This document shows positions 37,641-51,420 of a stretch of DNA of 64,000 nt, one piece after another. The translations under genes were made by a program, and so were the position numbers. The DNA is taken from NCBI RefSeq assembly GCF_963921235.1, contig NC_086097.1, positions 34,722,001-34,786,000 of the forward strand, read 5' to 3'. The notes under the pieces were generated by a model. The model was not told the origin of the DNA. It worked only from the letters and a program-made list of their open reading frames with translations, and did no database searches. How positions within the stretch are numbered: position 1 is the first letter of the stretch; every line of letters begins with the position of its first letter. This stretch comes from Mobula hypostoma. Lineage: Eukaryota.

Positions 37641-38254
37641 GTCCGCCAGAGAAAGCAGGATCTCCCAGTGGCCACACATTTTAATTCCACATCCCATTCC
37701 CATTCTGATATGTCTATCCATGGCCTCCTCTACTGTCAAGATGAAGCCACACTCAGGTTGGAGGAACAACACCTTATATTCCGTCTGGGTAGCCTCCAAC
37801 CTGATGGCATGAACATTGACCTCTCTAACTTCCGCTAATGCCCCACCTCCCCCTCGTACCCCATCCATTATTTATTTATATACACACATTCTTTCTCTCT
37901 CTGTCCCTCTGACTATACCCCTTGCCCATCCTCTGGGTTTCCCCCCCTCCCCCTTTTTCTTCTCCCTGGGCCTCCTGTCCCATAATCCTCTCATATCCCT
38001 TTTGCCAATCACCTGTCCAGCTCTTGGCTCCATCTCTCCCCCTCCTGTCTTCTCCTATCGTTTTGGATCTCCCCCTCCCCCTCCCACTGTCAAATCTCTT
38101 ACTAGCTCTTCTCTCAGTTAGTCCTGACGAAGGGTCTCGGCCCGAAACGTCGACTGTACCTCTTCCTAGAGATGCTGCCTGGCCTGCTGCGTTCACCAGC
38201 AACTTTTATGTGTGTGGCTTGAAATTCCAGCATCTGCAGAATTCCTCGTGTTTA
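37641..38254 (+). mobile_element. PLE insertion F: single-arm 5'-truncated copy (older subfamily) with hammerhead at 38120..38155
   Basis: TSD tgatagtagctgt at 37628..37640 and 38255..38267. Confidence 0.9.
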
Positions 38255-41003
38255 TGATAGTAGCTGTCTGGTGTCCAGGTATGAGTTCATTCTAAACTCT
38301 GTTGCTTGTGTTTCAACCCACAGCATGTCCTGTGAACCTATGACCTCTGTGCTTGCTGGCTCACACAGGCTCCCAGTTAAGTAACATCACCATTTTAAAA
38401 TTCTCATCTCTTAAATCCCTTCAATGTCTCAGCTTTCCCCTTCTCTATGACCCTATGAGATTTGAGTATTTCCATAGTTGAATTTAAATGCTTCAGCTAC
38501 GGCAGCTGAACTGAATAAGCTGATCTTCCTTTTAAAGCCTCTGTAACTGTCGACATTTTTACACCTTTGAGAAGTTCTTTTAGATCTACATTGTGCACAC
38601 ATTAGTGTTTTCTTCTCTTGGATCTTGTAGTACTTGAGACACTTATGTTAAAGGGGCTATAGAAGTGAAAGCTGGTGAATTTACTCTGTTTGGAATAAGT
38701 GAAGAAAAGCAAGGGAAGGAGAGGTATGTGGAAGAATTGATAAAACAAGATCAGAAAATGAGGGAAGGTAAGAAAATAGCAAAATATTGCTGGAAATGTG
38801 ACAGTAGATAATGTTGGAAATCTTTAGTAGGACAGGCAACATCTGTGGAAAGAGAAACCATAGTATTTTGAATGAATAAATTTTCAGCAGTTTTTTGTTC
38901 ATTAGATATAAATCCATGTTTAAATTATAAAGATGGGATTACCAAGAGAGATGCTGTTTTAAAGATGGATGTGAATATACTCTTTTTGGGTTCCAGCTGG
39001 GTACAGGTATCCCCGATGAAGATGGCAGAGTTTGTCATTGTTATATTCAATACTTGTACTTGGCGGGAAGCGCGAGAAGAGTTTATTCGTCATGTATGCC
39101 GGGAAAGCACTAGATCCTTTTTTTCAAAGATAGTCACATTAGCCTTTTCAGATGTGTGGCCTATAAATAACTTCCCTCAGGAATTTTGGGTTGTATACGG
39201 CATAGGGCATGAGTTGAAAAACAAAAGAAATGCAGGTGCTAGAAATCTGAAATGAAAACAGAAAAATGCAGTAAATCAAGCTGTATATATAGAGAACTAA
39301 AAGTTACCATTTCAAGTCATCACGTGACTGTAATTTTGATACATTGAACTATTTACACCTGGATTTATATGATAGCTTCTGAAAATCAATGCACATCAGT
39401 CAGTAGTTCACTGTCAATTAGCAATTTTATAGTTTTGTCATTCAGGCTAACACAATTAATTTGTACTTGGCCATGATCTACAAACAGAATAGGGTAATAT
39501 CCAGAACAGATCTATTTGTGAAGACAACCATTCCTTGAGAGAAAATGGGTTTTGGTGTAGGGATGAGTAATTGTATCAGGTCACAGCGGATGCCTGACTT
39601 TGTGATTTCTTCTTTTAATTAAGGGAATTGATTATCTTTGAATTCATCCCTTTCACTTCAGGCTTTAACATTTAAATTGGCACCCCTCACCACGGCAACA
39701 CTGTATAGCAGGAAGACAGAATATGTAGCACTGTTGTGTTACATACTATCTATCATTTATGGTTCATTTAGCAAACTACTGAACACTACACTGTTTATCA
39801 TTAGTAATTCCAAAAAAGAGTGGGAACCTCTCTCACCTCCATCTGTCAGACTGCCTGGGAAATTGGCCCACAATGTGTTTTATTGGAGAACTGATGAAAT
39901 GTCCATAACAAAGCATGTACAACAAACAGACATTTTATATTAGTTTTCCTTGGCTTTCCTTCACATCTGATATCAGAATAAAAGGAAGCCATATTGAAAA
40001 TAATTATTATCTATGAACACCTTTTTTCTGAGCCATTTTACAAAGTCAACATGATGATGTGAATTGGGAGAGTGCTAACAGTGACTCTGAGCTATGATTG
40101 CCATCCTGATGAAAAATACCAAATCCCTATTTTTGCCAGTACAAGTGAACTAAGAAAATGCAAGATATGACATCGATCAGATCTAAAAAAAAAATTGGTA
40201 TTTTGTTACAGAGTCCTCAGCCAGGAAGAATAAAATGGATTAATCCTGTTTCACCCCTAACAGATACTGTAATTCTGGCCAGTTGTCTCAATTTGGGTTT
40301 TGCCATATGGAAATAATGCCTGAAATTAAATGGAAAACAAAATATTAAAGTAATTGGAATAGAAAGCAATGGAAAGGCAGTATATCAATCAGCAATAAAT
40401 TCAGATGTGTGCCCACCATCAAAACAGATGACTGAAGTAAGAACGGACAAGTTAAGTTAGAAAAACTAAAGAGAAAGAGAACAAGGAATAGGATCAATAA
40501 TGTTGCCATATATAAGAAAAAATGGACATTTCTAGTTGCAACCAAATTTTGACTGAAGTCTACTGGTGGTTGACAATATCTCATTTATATATTGACTTGA
40601 ACATTGAAAAAAATAACCTCAGGCATTCCAAAGGAGAATTACCCAATGTTGTCACACAAGAAAAAGAGATATCTACTAGTGAATGGGATAAAGCAGTAAA
40701 AAAAGGTATCTTTACGGATGGGATTTTTGGCAGACTAGGGAACCATGTAAAATGTAAAAACAATATTGTAAACTAATGTTAAAGGTAGTGTAAATGCTTG
40801 TGCGCAGTAATGTTATTCTTATTTTTGACCACTAGATGGCGCATACAATTTTGGTTAGAACTAAGTTTGCCCAGCTTTAGATTCAGAATTAGATTTATTA
40901 TACGTAAACAACAGGAATTCTGCAGATGCTGGAAATTCAAGCAACATACATCAAAGTTGCTGGTGAACGCAGCAGGCCAAGCAGCATCTATAGGAAGAGG
41001 CGC

Positions 41004-41039
41004 AGTCGACGTTTCAGGCCGAGACCCTTCGTCAGGACT
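41004..41039 (-). ncRNA. Minimal hammerhead ribozyme (PLE C, minus arm)
   Basis: Same motif as 6780..6815. Confidence 0.85.
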
Positions 41040-42199
41040 AACTGAAGGAAGAGTGAGTAAGGGATTTGAAAGCTGGAGGGGGAGGGGGAGATGCAAAATG
41101 ATAGGAGAAGACAGGAGGGGGAGGGATAGAGCCGAGAGCTGGACAGGTGATAGGCAAAAGGGGATACGAGAGGATCATGGGACAGGAGGCCTAGGGAGAA
41201 AGACGGGGGGGGGTGACCCAGAGGATGGGCAAGAGGTATATTCAGAGGGACAGAGGGAGAAAAAGGAGAGTGAGAGAAAGAATGTGTGCATAAAAAGGAG
41301 TAACAGCTGGGGTACGAGGGGGAGGTGGGGCCTAGCGGAAGTTAGAGAAGTCAATGTTCATGCCATCAGGTTGGAGGCTACCCAGACGGAATATAAGGTG
41401 TTGTTCCTCCAACCTGAGTGTGGCTTCATCTTTACAGTAGAGGAGGCCGTGGATAGACATGTCAGAATGGGAATGGGATGTGGAATTAAAATGTGTGGCC
41501 ACTGGGAGATCCTGCTTTCTCTGGCGGACAGAGCGTAGATGTTCAGCAAAGCGGTCTCCCAGTCTGCGTCGGGTCTCACCAATATATAAAAGGCCACATC
41601 GGGAGCACCGGACGCAGTATATCACCCCAGTCGACTCACAGGTGAAGTGATGCCTCACCTGGAAGGACTGTTTGGGGCCCTGAATGGTGGTAAGGGAGGA
41701 AGTGTAAGGGCATGTGTAGCACTTGTTCCGCTTACACGGATAAGTGCCAGGAGGGAGATCAGTGGGGAGGGATGGGGGGGACGAATGGACAAGGGAGTTG
41801 TGTAGGGAGCGATCCCTGCGGAATGCAGAGAGAGGGGGGGAGGGAAAGATGTGCTCAGTGGTGGGATCCTGTTGGAGGTGGCGGAAGTTACGGAGAATAA
41901 TATGTTGGACCCGGAGGCTGGTGGGGTGGTAGGTGAGGACCAGGGGAACCCTATTCCTAGTGGGGTGGTGGGAGGATGGAGTGAGAGCAGATGTACGTGA
42001 AATGGAGGAGATGCGTTTAAGAGCAGAGTTGATAGTGGAGGAAGGGAAGCCCCTTTCTTTAAAAAAGGAAGACATCTCCCTCGTCCTAGAATGAAAAGCC
42101 TCATCCTGAGAGCAGATGCGGCGGAGACGGAGGAATTGCGAGAAGGGGATGGCGTTTTTGCAAGAGACAGGGTGAGAAGAGGAATAGTCCAGATAGCTG

Positions 42200-43732
42200 G
42201 CCGACCTATTGTCTCAGCTTGCTCCTGCCCCACCGAACTCGTTTCTGCATACCTCGACACTGTTTTATCACCCCTTGTTCAATCCCTTCCGACCTATGTT
42301 CGTGACACTTCTCACGCTCTTAAACTTTTCGATGATTTTAAGTTCCCTGGCCCCCACCGCTTTATTTTCACCATGGATGTCCAGTCCTTATATACTTCCA
42401 TCCCCCATCAGGAAGGTCTCAAAGCTCTACGCTTCTTTTTGGATTCCAGACCTAATCAGTTCCCCTCTACCACCACTCTGCTCCGTCTAGCGGAATTAGT
42501 CCTTACTCTTAATAATTTCTCCTTTTGCTCCTCCCATTTCCTCCAAACTAAAGGTGTAGCTATGGGCACCCGTATGGGTCCTAGCTATGCCTGCCTTTTT
42601 GTTGGGTTTGTGGAACAATCTATGTTCCGTGCCTATTCTGGTATCTGTCCCCCACTTTTCCTTCGCTATATCGACGACTGCATTGGCGCTGCTTCCTGCA
42701 CGCATGCAGAACTCGTTGACTTTATTAACTTTGCCTCCAACTTTCACCCTGCCCTCAAGTTTACCTGGTCTATTTCCGACACCTCCCTCCCCTTTCTAGA
42801 TCTTTCTGTCTCTGTCTCTGGAGACAGCTTATCCACTGATATCTACTATAAGCCTACTGACTCTCACAGCTATCTGGACTATTCCTCTTCTCACCCTGTC
42901 TCTTGCAAAAACGCCATCCCCTTCTCGCAATTCCTCCGTCTCCGCCGCATCTGCTCTCAGGATGAGGCTCTTCATTCTAGGACGAGGGAGATGTCTTCAT
43001 TTTTTAAAGAAAGGGGCTTCCCTTCCTCCACTATCAACTCTGCTCTTAAACGCATCTCCTCCATTTCACGTACATCTGCTCTCACTCCATCCTCCCACCA
43101 CCCCACTAGGAATAGGGTTCCCCTGGTCCTCACCTACCACCCCACCAGCCTCCGGGTCCAACATATTATTCTCCGTAACTTCCGCCACCTCCAACGGGAT
43201 CCCACCACTAAGCATATCTTTCCCTCCCCCCCCCTCTGCATTCCGCAGGGATCGCTCCCTACACAACTCCCTTGTCCATTCGTCCCCCCCATCCCTCCCC
43301 ACTGATCTCCCTCCTGGCACTTATCCGTGTAAGCGGAACAAGTGCTACACATGCCCTTACACTTCCTCCCTTACCACCATTCAGGGCCCCAAACAGTCCT
43401 TCCAGGTGAGGCATCACTTCACCTGTGAGTCGACTGGGGTGATATACTGCGTCCGGTGCTCCCGATGTGGCCTTTTATATATTGGTGAGACCCGACGCAG
43501 ACTGGGAGACCGCTTTGCTGAACATCTACGCTCTGTCCACCAGAGAAAGCAGGATCTCCCAGTGGCCACACATTTTAATTCCACATCCCATTCCCATTCT
43601 GACATGTCTATCCACGGCCTCCTCTACTGTAAAGATGAAGCCACACTCAGGTTGGAGGAACAACACCTTATATTCCGTCTGGGTAGCCTCCAACCTGATG
43701 GCATGAACATTGACTTCTCTAACTTCCGCTAG
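42200..43732 (+). pseudogene. PLE RT/GIY-YIG ORF from RPIVS onward, frameshifted in the C run at ~43226-43234
   Basis: ORFs 42091..43305 and 42962..43732. Confidence 0.9.
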
Positions 43733-44025
43733 GCCCCACCTCCCCCCGTACCCCAGCTGTTACTCCTTTTTATGCACACATTCTTTCTCTCACTCTCCTT
43801 TTTCTCCCTCTGTCCCTCTGAATATACCTCTTGCCCATCCTCTGGGTCACCCCCCCCCCCGTCTTTCTCCCTAGGCCTCCTGTCCCATGATCCTCTCGTA
43901 TCCCCTTTTGCCTATCACCTGTCCAGCTCTCGGCTCTATCCCTCCCCCTCCTGTCTTCTCCTATCATTTTGCATCTCCCCCTCCCCCTCCAGCTTTCAAA
44001 TCCCTTACTCACTCTTCCTTCAGTT

Positions 44026-44061
44026 AGTCCTGACGAAGGGTCTCGGCCTGAAACGTCGACT
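44026..44061 (+). ncRNA. Minimal hammerhead ribozyme (PLE C, plus arm)
   Basis: Same motif as 6780..6815. Confidence 0.85.
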
Positions 44062-44137
44062 GCGCCTCTTCCTATAGATGCTGCTTGGCCTGCTGCGTTC
44101 ACCAGCAACTTTGATGTATGTTGCTTAGATTTATTAT

Positions 44138-44812
44138 CTCTGGCATGTGACGTGAAATTTGTTAACTTAGCAGCCGCAGTTCAATGCAATACATAATCTA
44201 GCAAATAATATAAAATAAAAATATTAATAATAAACAAGTAAATCAATTACATATATTGAATAGATTTTTAAAACATGCAAAAACAGAAATACTGTATATT
44301 TTTTTAAAAAGTGAGTTTGTGTCCAAAGATTCAATGTCCATTTAGGAATTGGATGGCAGAGGGGAAGAAGCTGTTCCTGAATCGTTGAGTGTGTGCCTTC
44401 AGGCTTCTGTACCTCCTACCTGATGGTAACAGTGAGAAAAGGGCATGCCCTGGGTGCTGGAGGTCATTAATAATGGACGTTGCCTTTCTGAGACACCGGT
44501 CCAGAAAGATGTCCTGGGTACTTTGTAGGCTAGTGCCCAAGATGGAGCTGACTAGATTTACAACCTTCTGCAGCTTCTTTCGGTCCTGTGCAGTAGCCCC
44601 TCCATACCAGACAGTGATGCAACCTGTCAGAATGCTCTCCACGGGACAACTATAGAAGTTTTTCAGTGTATTTATTGACATGCCAAATCTCTTCAAACTC
44701 CTAATAAAGTATAGCCGCTATCTTGCCTTCTTTATAACTACATCGATATGTTGGAACCAGGTTAGATCCTCAGAGACCTTGACACCCAGGAACTTGAAGC
44801 TGCTCACTCTCT
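44138..44812 (-). mobile_element. Rex1/Babar-like LINE 3' end
   Basis: ESILTGCITVWYG, HPGHALFSLLPSGRRYRSL, RFRNSFFPSAI. Confidence 0.85.
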
Positions 44813-45669
44813 AGTAGTAGTCTGAAAGGGCTACTACTACTACAGGATGACAGTAACTTCCATTTATACTGTATATTGACTTAAATGTAGAGAAATATCC
44901 TTGGGTGTTCTATGGGAGAATTATCCAATGCCCATCGCTGGAACTGGGCATTCTGTTAGTTGAAGAATTCATAGTTATAGACGCTATGAATTATGCAATT
45001 CTTCGAATGCATTGTCTTTCATTCTCAATTGCAAAACCATTACCATTATGGACATTAGAATAATTTAGTGGCTTTTGACACAACTTTCTTGAGAGCAATG
45101 TTTATTATGTTACACGTAGCAGTTGTCTCTAGTCATTCACAGGCACCATAATTCGCTGATGAACACAGACACATCACTCCCATTTAACAAGGAGCTCACA
45201 ATGGAACAATCGCACCAACTGGTGTTAACATAAAACAGATTGTTACAATCAAAAAGTGTAATCGTCATTAGCAAATTTCTAAATATTTAATTATTGGTGC
45301 CTAGCTGGTAACAAATTTGCTGACATCAAAAATCAGACCTTTTTCCCATTTAGGCATTGTTACTCTGAGTTGGCTGCATTGTTCACGTGACAGACACCAG
45401 ACTGCCGAACAGATATTGTTCCCAGTTTTGTCATGGTGGGAGATTACCAGAAGAACAGAGAAAAAAAAGATTCAGGGATGTGCTTAAAGGTTAACTTGAA
45501 GAATGCAGCATCTGAATTTGGAAACACAAGGCCACACATCATAATAACACAGAAGCCCTATACTGTATAAGAATTAACTACCCCACACGTTACCTACCTG
45601 TCTGTCTCATCAGCCAACTCTTCTTTCCTTGGAAGAAAACATTGACCACATTTAGTCACTCAGAACTCA

Positions 45670-46440
45670 CAAAACTATCTCAAAGATGACACCATTGTTG
45701 GCAGAGTCTCGGAATGCAATGAGGAGTGTACAGAAGAGAGACAGTCCAGCTGCGTGAGTGGTGTCTCGATAACAAACCCATATTCAGCAATACCAAGCAA
45801 CTGATTGTGGACTTCAGCAAAGGGAAGTCGGGAGTACACGCGTCCAGGACTCAGTAGTGGAAAAGGTGAGCAGTTTCAATTTCTAGGTGTTAACATTCAG
45901 AGGGTCCATACTTCTCTTAAATGTCACAATTACCCTCACATCTATCTCTTCTGCTGGCAGGTCATTGTACACTTGCTGCACCCTCTGAAGGTCCCCCTTA
46001 AATATCTCACATTCGCCCAACACATTGATGTAATCACAAAAAAGGCACTCATTAGGAGTTGGAGGAGATTTGGCAAGTCATTTGTAAATTACTATAGATG
46101 AGGAGAGCATTCTGACTATTTGAATCTCAGCCTTGTCTGGAGGCTCCAATGCACAGGATGTCAAGAGACTGCAATAGATTGTACACTCATCCATCTCCAT
46201 TGTGGGCACAACTCTCTGCACTATTGAGACATCTTCAAGAGATAGTACCTCAAAAATAGTACCATCCATCACCAACGATATTCACCATCCAGGACATGTT
46301 CTCTTTACTATCACTGGGGAAGAGGTACAGGAGCCTGGCAACCCACACTTTTTAGGAACTGCTTCTTCTCCTCTACTAACAGATTTCAGAAACAGCCATG
46401 AACTCATGAACAGTACCTCGTCATTTCTTTTATTCTATAC
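45670..46440 (+). mobile_element. Old Rex1-like LINE fragment
   Basis: Degenerate gatgacaccattgttggc; FQFLGVNI; HHPGHVLF. Confidence 0.6.
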
Positions 46441-49012
46441 TTTATAAATTATAGTAGTATTTTTCCGTCTTAAGGGGCTGTCTTAGAAGGAGCTGCTTCA
46501 AATAGGTGAATATTTTCTGTATATTTTCCAGAAAATTATTAAAAACTGATCTTTTGATTATGTTGTCTGCGATACCAGAACTTTCTGATTCCGTACAAAT
46601 AATTAAAATCCTTCCGTAGTATTTTATCCTTAATTGGACACTGCTCACCTAAACCCTGAAGCGTCTTTTCATTGGATGTCAGTTCTGTTTGATTCAACGA
46701 CCCCAGATTTACTGGATGGCATAAGTAGATACATATTGTGACTTTTAGCATTTTCTGTGTAGACCTACTCATTTGGAACTTCAAATTTTCCTGTCATAGA
46801 TAGGCCTTAAAAATGAACACAGGACAATTAGAATAAAACCAATCCTTGTCCACTAATGAATCATGCTTATTTAATTGGTGAATTCCCCTCAAAACATAAA
46901 ACTGTGTCCTGCAAATTTTATAAATTTTAGTATTTATAATTAATTGTTTACAGTGGAAGTAGTGAATTATTTAATGGAGTAGGAAGAACCATCAATCTTT
47001 GCATAGTATAGAGATAGATGTGTGAAATTTAGTTAACTCTAGGTTTGGATTCTCAACTTTTCATTTGGATTATGTCATCAGGAATAAGAGAAATTGAAGC
47101 AAAAGAAAATCTGCAAGTGTCAAAATCCAAAACAAAAACAAGAGAATGTTGGGAGCATTTGACAAGTTAGACAGTATGAGTAGGAAGAGAAATAGAGTCA
47201 GCGTTTGAGTCGAGAACCCTTCTTCAGACTTAAAACAGTCATAGAGCACAACAGCACAGAAACAGACCCTTTGGCCTTTCTAGTCTGTGCCAGCCTAGTG
47301 TTCTGCCTGGTCCCATCAACATGAAGTTGGATTATAGCCTTCCATACTCTCTCATCCACATACCTAAATAAACTTCTTAAATGTCACAGTTGTGCTCACA
47401 TCTATCACTGGCAGATCATTCCACACTCGCTCCACCTTCTGAGTGAAGAAGGTCCCCCTAAAATTAGCCTTAAATATTTCACCTTTTGCCCATTGATGAA
47501 CAGTATTTCCTACAGGTAAGTGACCAGAACTACACACAATTCTCCAAATTTGGTCTCACCAACATCTTATACAACTTCAGCATAGCATCCCAACTCCTGA
47601 TATATGAAGGCCAATGTGCCAAAAGGTCTCTTTACAACCTTATCTACCCGTGTTACCAACCATCAACAGCCAAGTGTGCTTTTGGAGGGAGAGGTGAAAA
47701 GGACAGAGAAAATGCCTGTAATAGACTGCAGACCAAAGGCGGCAAGGTAAGTTTCATACTGGTATCTCAGATCAATTCCATAAAGCCAAACGTATATAAG
47801 CTGAATGGCCATAACACAGAAGTTACTGTAATCCAGCATGTTTGTGAATTTTATAGTGCTGGACTGGCTGATTTTCCAACCTATTGGATGCTATTCCAGT
47901 TTAAAATCCAAAATCCTTTTAATTCACATTTTAATACATACTCGGTTGGCTGTATTATTAGGTATCTGTTATGTTTTGTAACTTCAAAAACTAATTGAAG
48001 AAGAACTTTGTTTTGACTTTAGCAAGACACACACATATGGTTTAGTAGTGTAATGATGTATGCCATTCATGTAGTTTTACATATGTTGTAACCTGAATTG
48101 AATTATATAAATAACAATTCTTAATCAAAAATGTGAGACCTCTGTTGGTCAGGGTCCACTGTGGATGTATCGTGATACGCAGGCCTGGCCAGCACAATAT
48201 GAAAGCAAGCTGTTGACCCTCTCCATGCATCTGATAAATCCAAAGGAATGGCAGAGACTGATACAGTTTGGTACCAGCAGCATCGCAGGAGTTGCCAGTC
48301 AGCGTTTAACTCAAAGTAGGACTGCCTTAGGAACTCCAGCTGCAGATTTTTCCCTTTGGGCTTAACTCTGTAAGCCTTCCCCATGAGTGTGTATAGCCAC
48401 TAGACAGCGGAGGTTTGAGATCAGAGTTTTCCTCCTTCTAGATGAGCTGCCAACCATGGCTGACAAGCCACCTCTGCCCAAAGCAACTGGTTTTGAGATG
48501 CCAGTAACCTGCCATTTCCCCTTCTCCTGTTAGTAGAAACTTAGTAGCTAAGCCACACATAAAGACCAGCAGCTGGACTTGATTCTCAGAGGCTGTTTGA
48601 GGTGCACACCATTGGGAGCATTTAATAGGCAGTGGGAGCTTGTCCCCATTATCACCCCCGGTTATAACAACCTTATGGAACCATAATCAGACAATATATT
48701 TACAATATTACTCAAATATTACTGAAATACTAAATATACAACACTCCTCTGGTGTTGGCCCAAGGGGTTAACTCAACATTGGAAAGAATTCCTTCAACCT
48801 CCATGCGATCTATAGCTCACTGGTTACTCTATCATGTATAAGGAACCGGATAGGCTTTGTAAAACGTGGGTATGGCATTTTTGTTTAGCACTATCTTACC
48901 CTTGATATGTTTGAGTCTTCCAATGCCATCTTGAATACAGCTCTGGCATCATCCACTAGCTTTCTTCATTCACGTTCGGTTGACTTTGTTGCAGGCATGC
49001 AAATGGATAGGT

Positions 49013-49121
49013 AACACACATCAAAGTTGCTGGTGAACGCAGCAGGCCAAGCAACATCTGTAGCAAGAGGTGCAGTCGATGTTTCAGGCCGAGACCCTTC
49101 GTCAGGACTCCATGAATATGG
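49013..49121 (-). mobile_element. PLE insertion G: hammerhead plus tail only, with a short filler sequence
   Basis: Hammerhead variant at 49074..49109; imperfect TSD aaatggataggt (49001..49012) / aaatagataggt (49122..49133). Confidence 0.75.
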
Positions 49122-50664
49122 AAATAGATAGGTCTCCAGTTAAGTTGTAGTTGTCTCTGCTAACCATGCCCCACAATGCTGACCTTCTTGATTTTACCAC
49201 ATATTTGTTAGTTGTTGGATTTCATTGTTACAAATGTCATTCCCACAGGAGTTATCTTTTCTTTACTGTAAGTTCCTAGTTGGATATCTTTAGGCTTCAG
49301 TTTAGTATCTTTGAAATACTGTTCAAAATCATTTTGTGAAAAAACTAAAACATGTCCAATTCCACTTTGATTAATTTGTAGTTCACTTCTGGTGTAAGCC
49401 ATATTGCTTGTCTCATGTTAGTTTTCATTGTAAATCTCAAGGCTATTCAGACCTGTGTCACTCTCACCATTATCATGTTTTGTTATCAAGAGCAAGCAAC
49501 TTGACTTTTTATCTTTTTCTTTTCCCTGTGCAGTCCATTTATGTTTGTCTGCCCAAAATGCTCTTTGTATGTGTCCTACTTTGTTGCATTTTCTGCAAGT
49601 TTTGCTTTTAAATCTGCATTGGTCTGGTGTATGTGAGCCCCTGCCACAACAGTAACACAATTTGTTTAGCCAGGCAGGTTTCTGTTTAAATGTTGCAATT
49701 CTGTTCACACTCACATTCATTCCTGACTGTAACTCAATTGGGTGTCTGTCTGCAGTTTTGATTGATACAGTGATTTCAACTGCTCTTTTAAATGTGAGTT
49801 GTGTTTCAGTTAGGAGTAGTTTTTGAATGCTTTCTTGTAAGATTCCACAAACTAAATGATCTCTTAGTGCATTATTGATGCCATCACTGAACTGACAATG
49901 ATCAGACAACTTCTTCAATTCACCCACATTTGCTGAACTGGACTCCCCTTCCTTTTGATTTTGCTTTTGAAACATAAAACATTCAGCAATCAACAATGAT
50001 TTCAGTTCTAAATATTCCTGCATTGCTTTCATGGTATCCGCAAAGCTCATTTCAGCTGGTTTGGTTGGAGCAGTCTAACTTTTAAGCAAATTGTATGTTT
50101 TTCCACTTATTACACTCGGCAAAACTGGCACTAAATTCTCATTGGCTATTTCATTTGCTTCAAAATACTGCTCAATTTGTTCTGTACACAGCAGCCAGTT
50201 ATCTTCTGTGCAATCAAATGTGTCTACTTACCAATGTAGCCAGCCATTTCTGCTCTTTTTTTAAAAAAAAATTGTTATTACTATCACCTGGTACTCACTG
50301 TTTATGAACCCAAGAATTTGTCCATTTTCTGAGCTTTTTTAAATAAAAAAACTCAATCATCTCTGAACCTTCCTGAAGAAGCATGTGCTACACTTGTTTT
50401 TTTAACTTGAATGTCTTGCTGTGCTTCAACAAGTAGGTAGATAATCATTGTGGATTCATTTAAAGCTTCCTCATCGACACTGTTATGTTTTGTAACTTCA
50501 AAAACCGGTTGAAATAAGAACATGAGAGAGCCATGGACACTTCCGTTTTACTTCAGTAGCGTACACACCTCTGACATAGTGGCATAATGATGTATGCCAT
50601 TCACATAGTTATACATATAACCCATAATGAATTGTGTAAACACCAAAAAAATGGTTAATCAAAT

Positions 50665-51420
50665 TTCACGCCCTGGTTAAGATTTCTACTGCTATGCTGT
50701 GAGGTAGCAGTTTTTCTGTAAAAGCAGTGTGTCCTGCCGGTAAGAGTGTTCTGGCTTTGGCTAAAGATAAAGGAGCCATGTTGTCCAACTTAGGAATGTT
50801 GTGTCAGCCAATCAGGAATGTGGGATGTGAGTGAATGTTTTAGAGAGCTGGGCAGGAAGAGGTTGCTGAAAGACAGTAGACTGGTTTGGGGGTTTTTTTG
50901 CTGGGGAGGGGTTGTGGAGAGAAGAGCAGCAAGGAAGACACCTGGACGATCCCATTCGAAGGGGAAACCCTTTTGCAAGGAGTGCTTCGTGAGACAAAGG
51001 ATTGCAAGAAGGGAAGTTCTGCCTGTGGTTGATGAGAATTCAGCGCCATGAGTAAACTGATACACCCAGCTACTACAGAAATGAGCTCCAACTGTAATGG
51101 GCCCTTTTATCTTTCTTTTTCTTTCTCTGTTTACTGTTTGATAAAAGTTGAAAATTTAGAAAATATACTTATAATTTTATGCTGGTGTACAATCTGTCAT
51201 TTCGGGGTGACTGATTACTGTGTATGGGCAGTATTTACACAGCATTTGCTGAAATCGAGGTTCCTTCAGTTGGAGCATCCCAGATGTTCCTGTTTGGTTG
51301 AACCCTAAATCATACCAGCCTAGACACGTTTTGCTTAGGAAAGGCAGCCTTCTCACCAATGAGTCACATGAGTTAGCTGACAAGCCAGGTTGGTGTACGA
51401 GCCCTGCTCAGAGGGTTGCA
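50665..51420. mobile_element. Probable solo LTR nested in the Gypsy 5' LTR
   Basis: TSD caaat at 50660..50664 and 51421..51425; ends in ...tgca; no ORF. Confidence 0.55.

Larger units (their letters stand above)
40902..44124. mobile_element. PLE insertion C: inverted doublet (minus arm 40902..42199, plus arm 42200..44124)
   Basis: TSD ttagatttattat at 40889..40901 and 44125..44137; ~1.25 kb inverted arms with a ~670 bp spacer; inserted in the 3' tail of the Rex1-like LINE at 44138. Confidence 0.95.

Noticed and set aside
44812..44842. Short (tag)n/(cta)n inverted repeat
   Set aside because: Too short and low-complexity to interpret.
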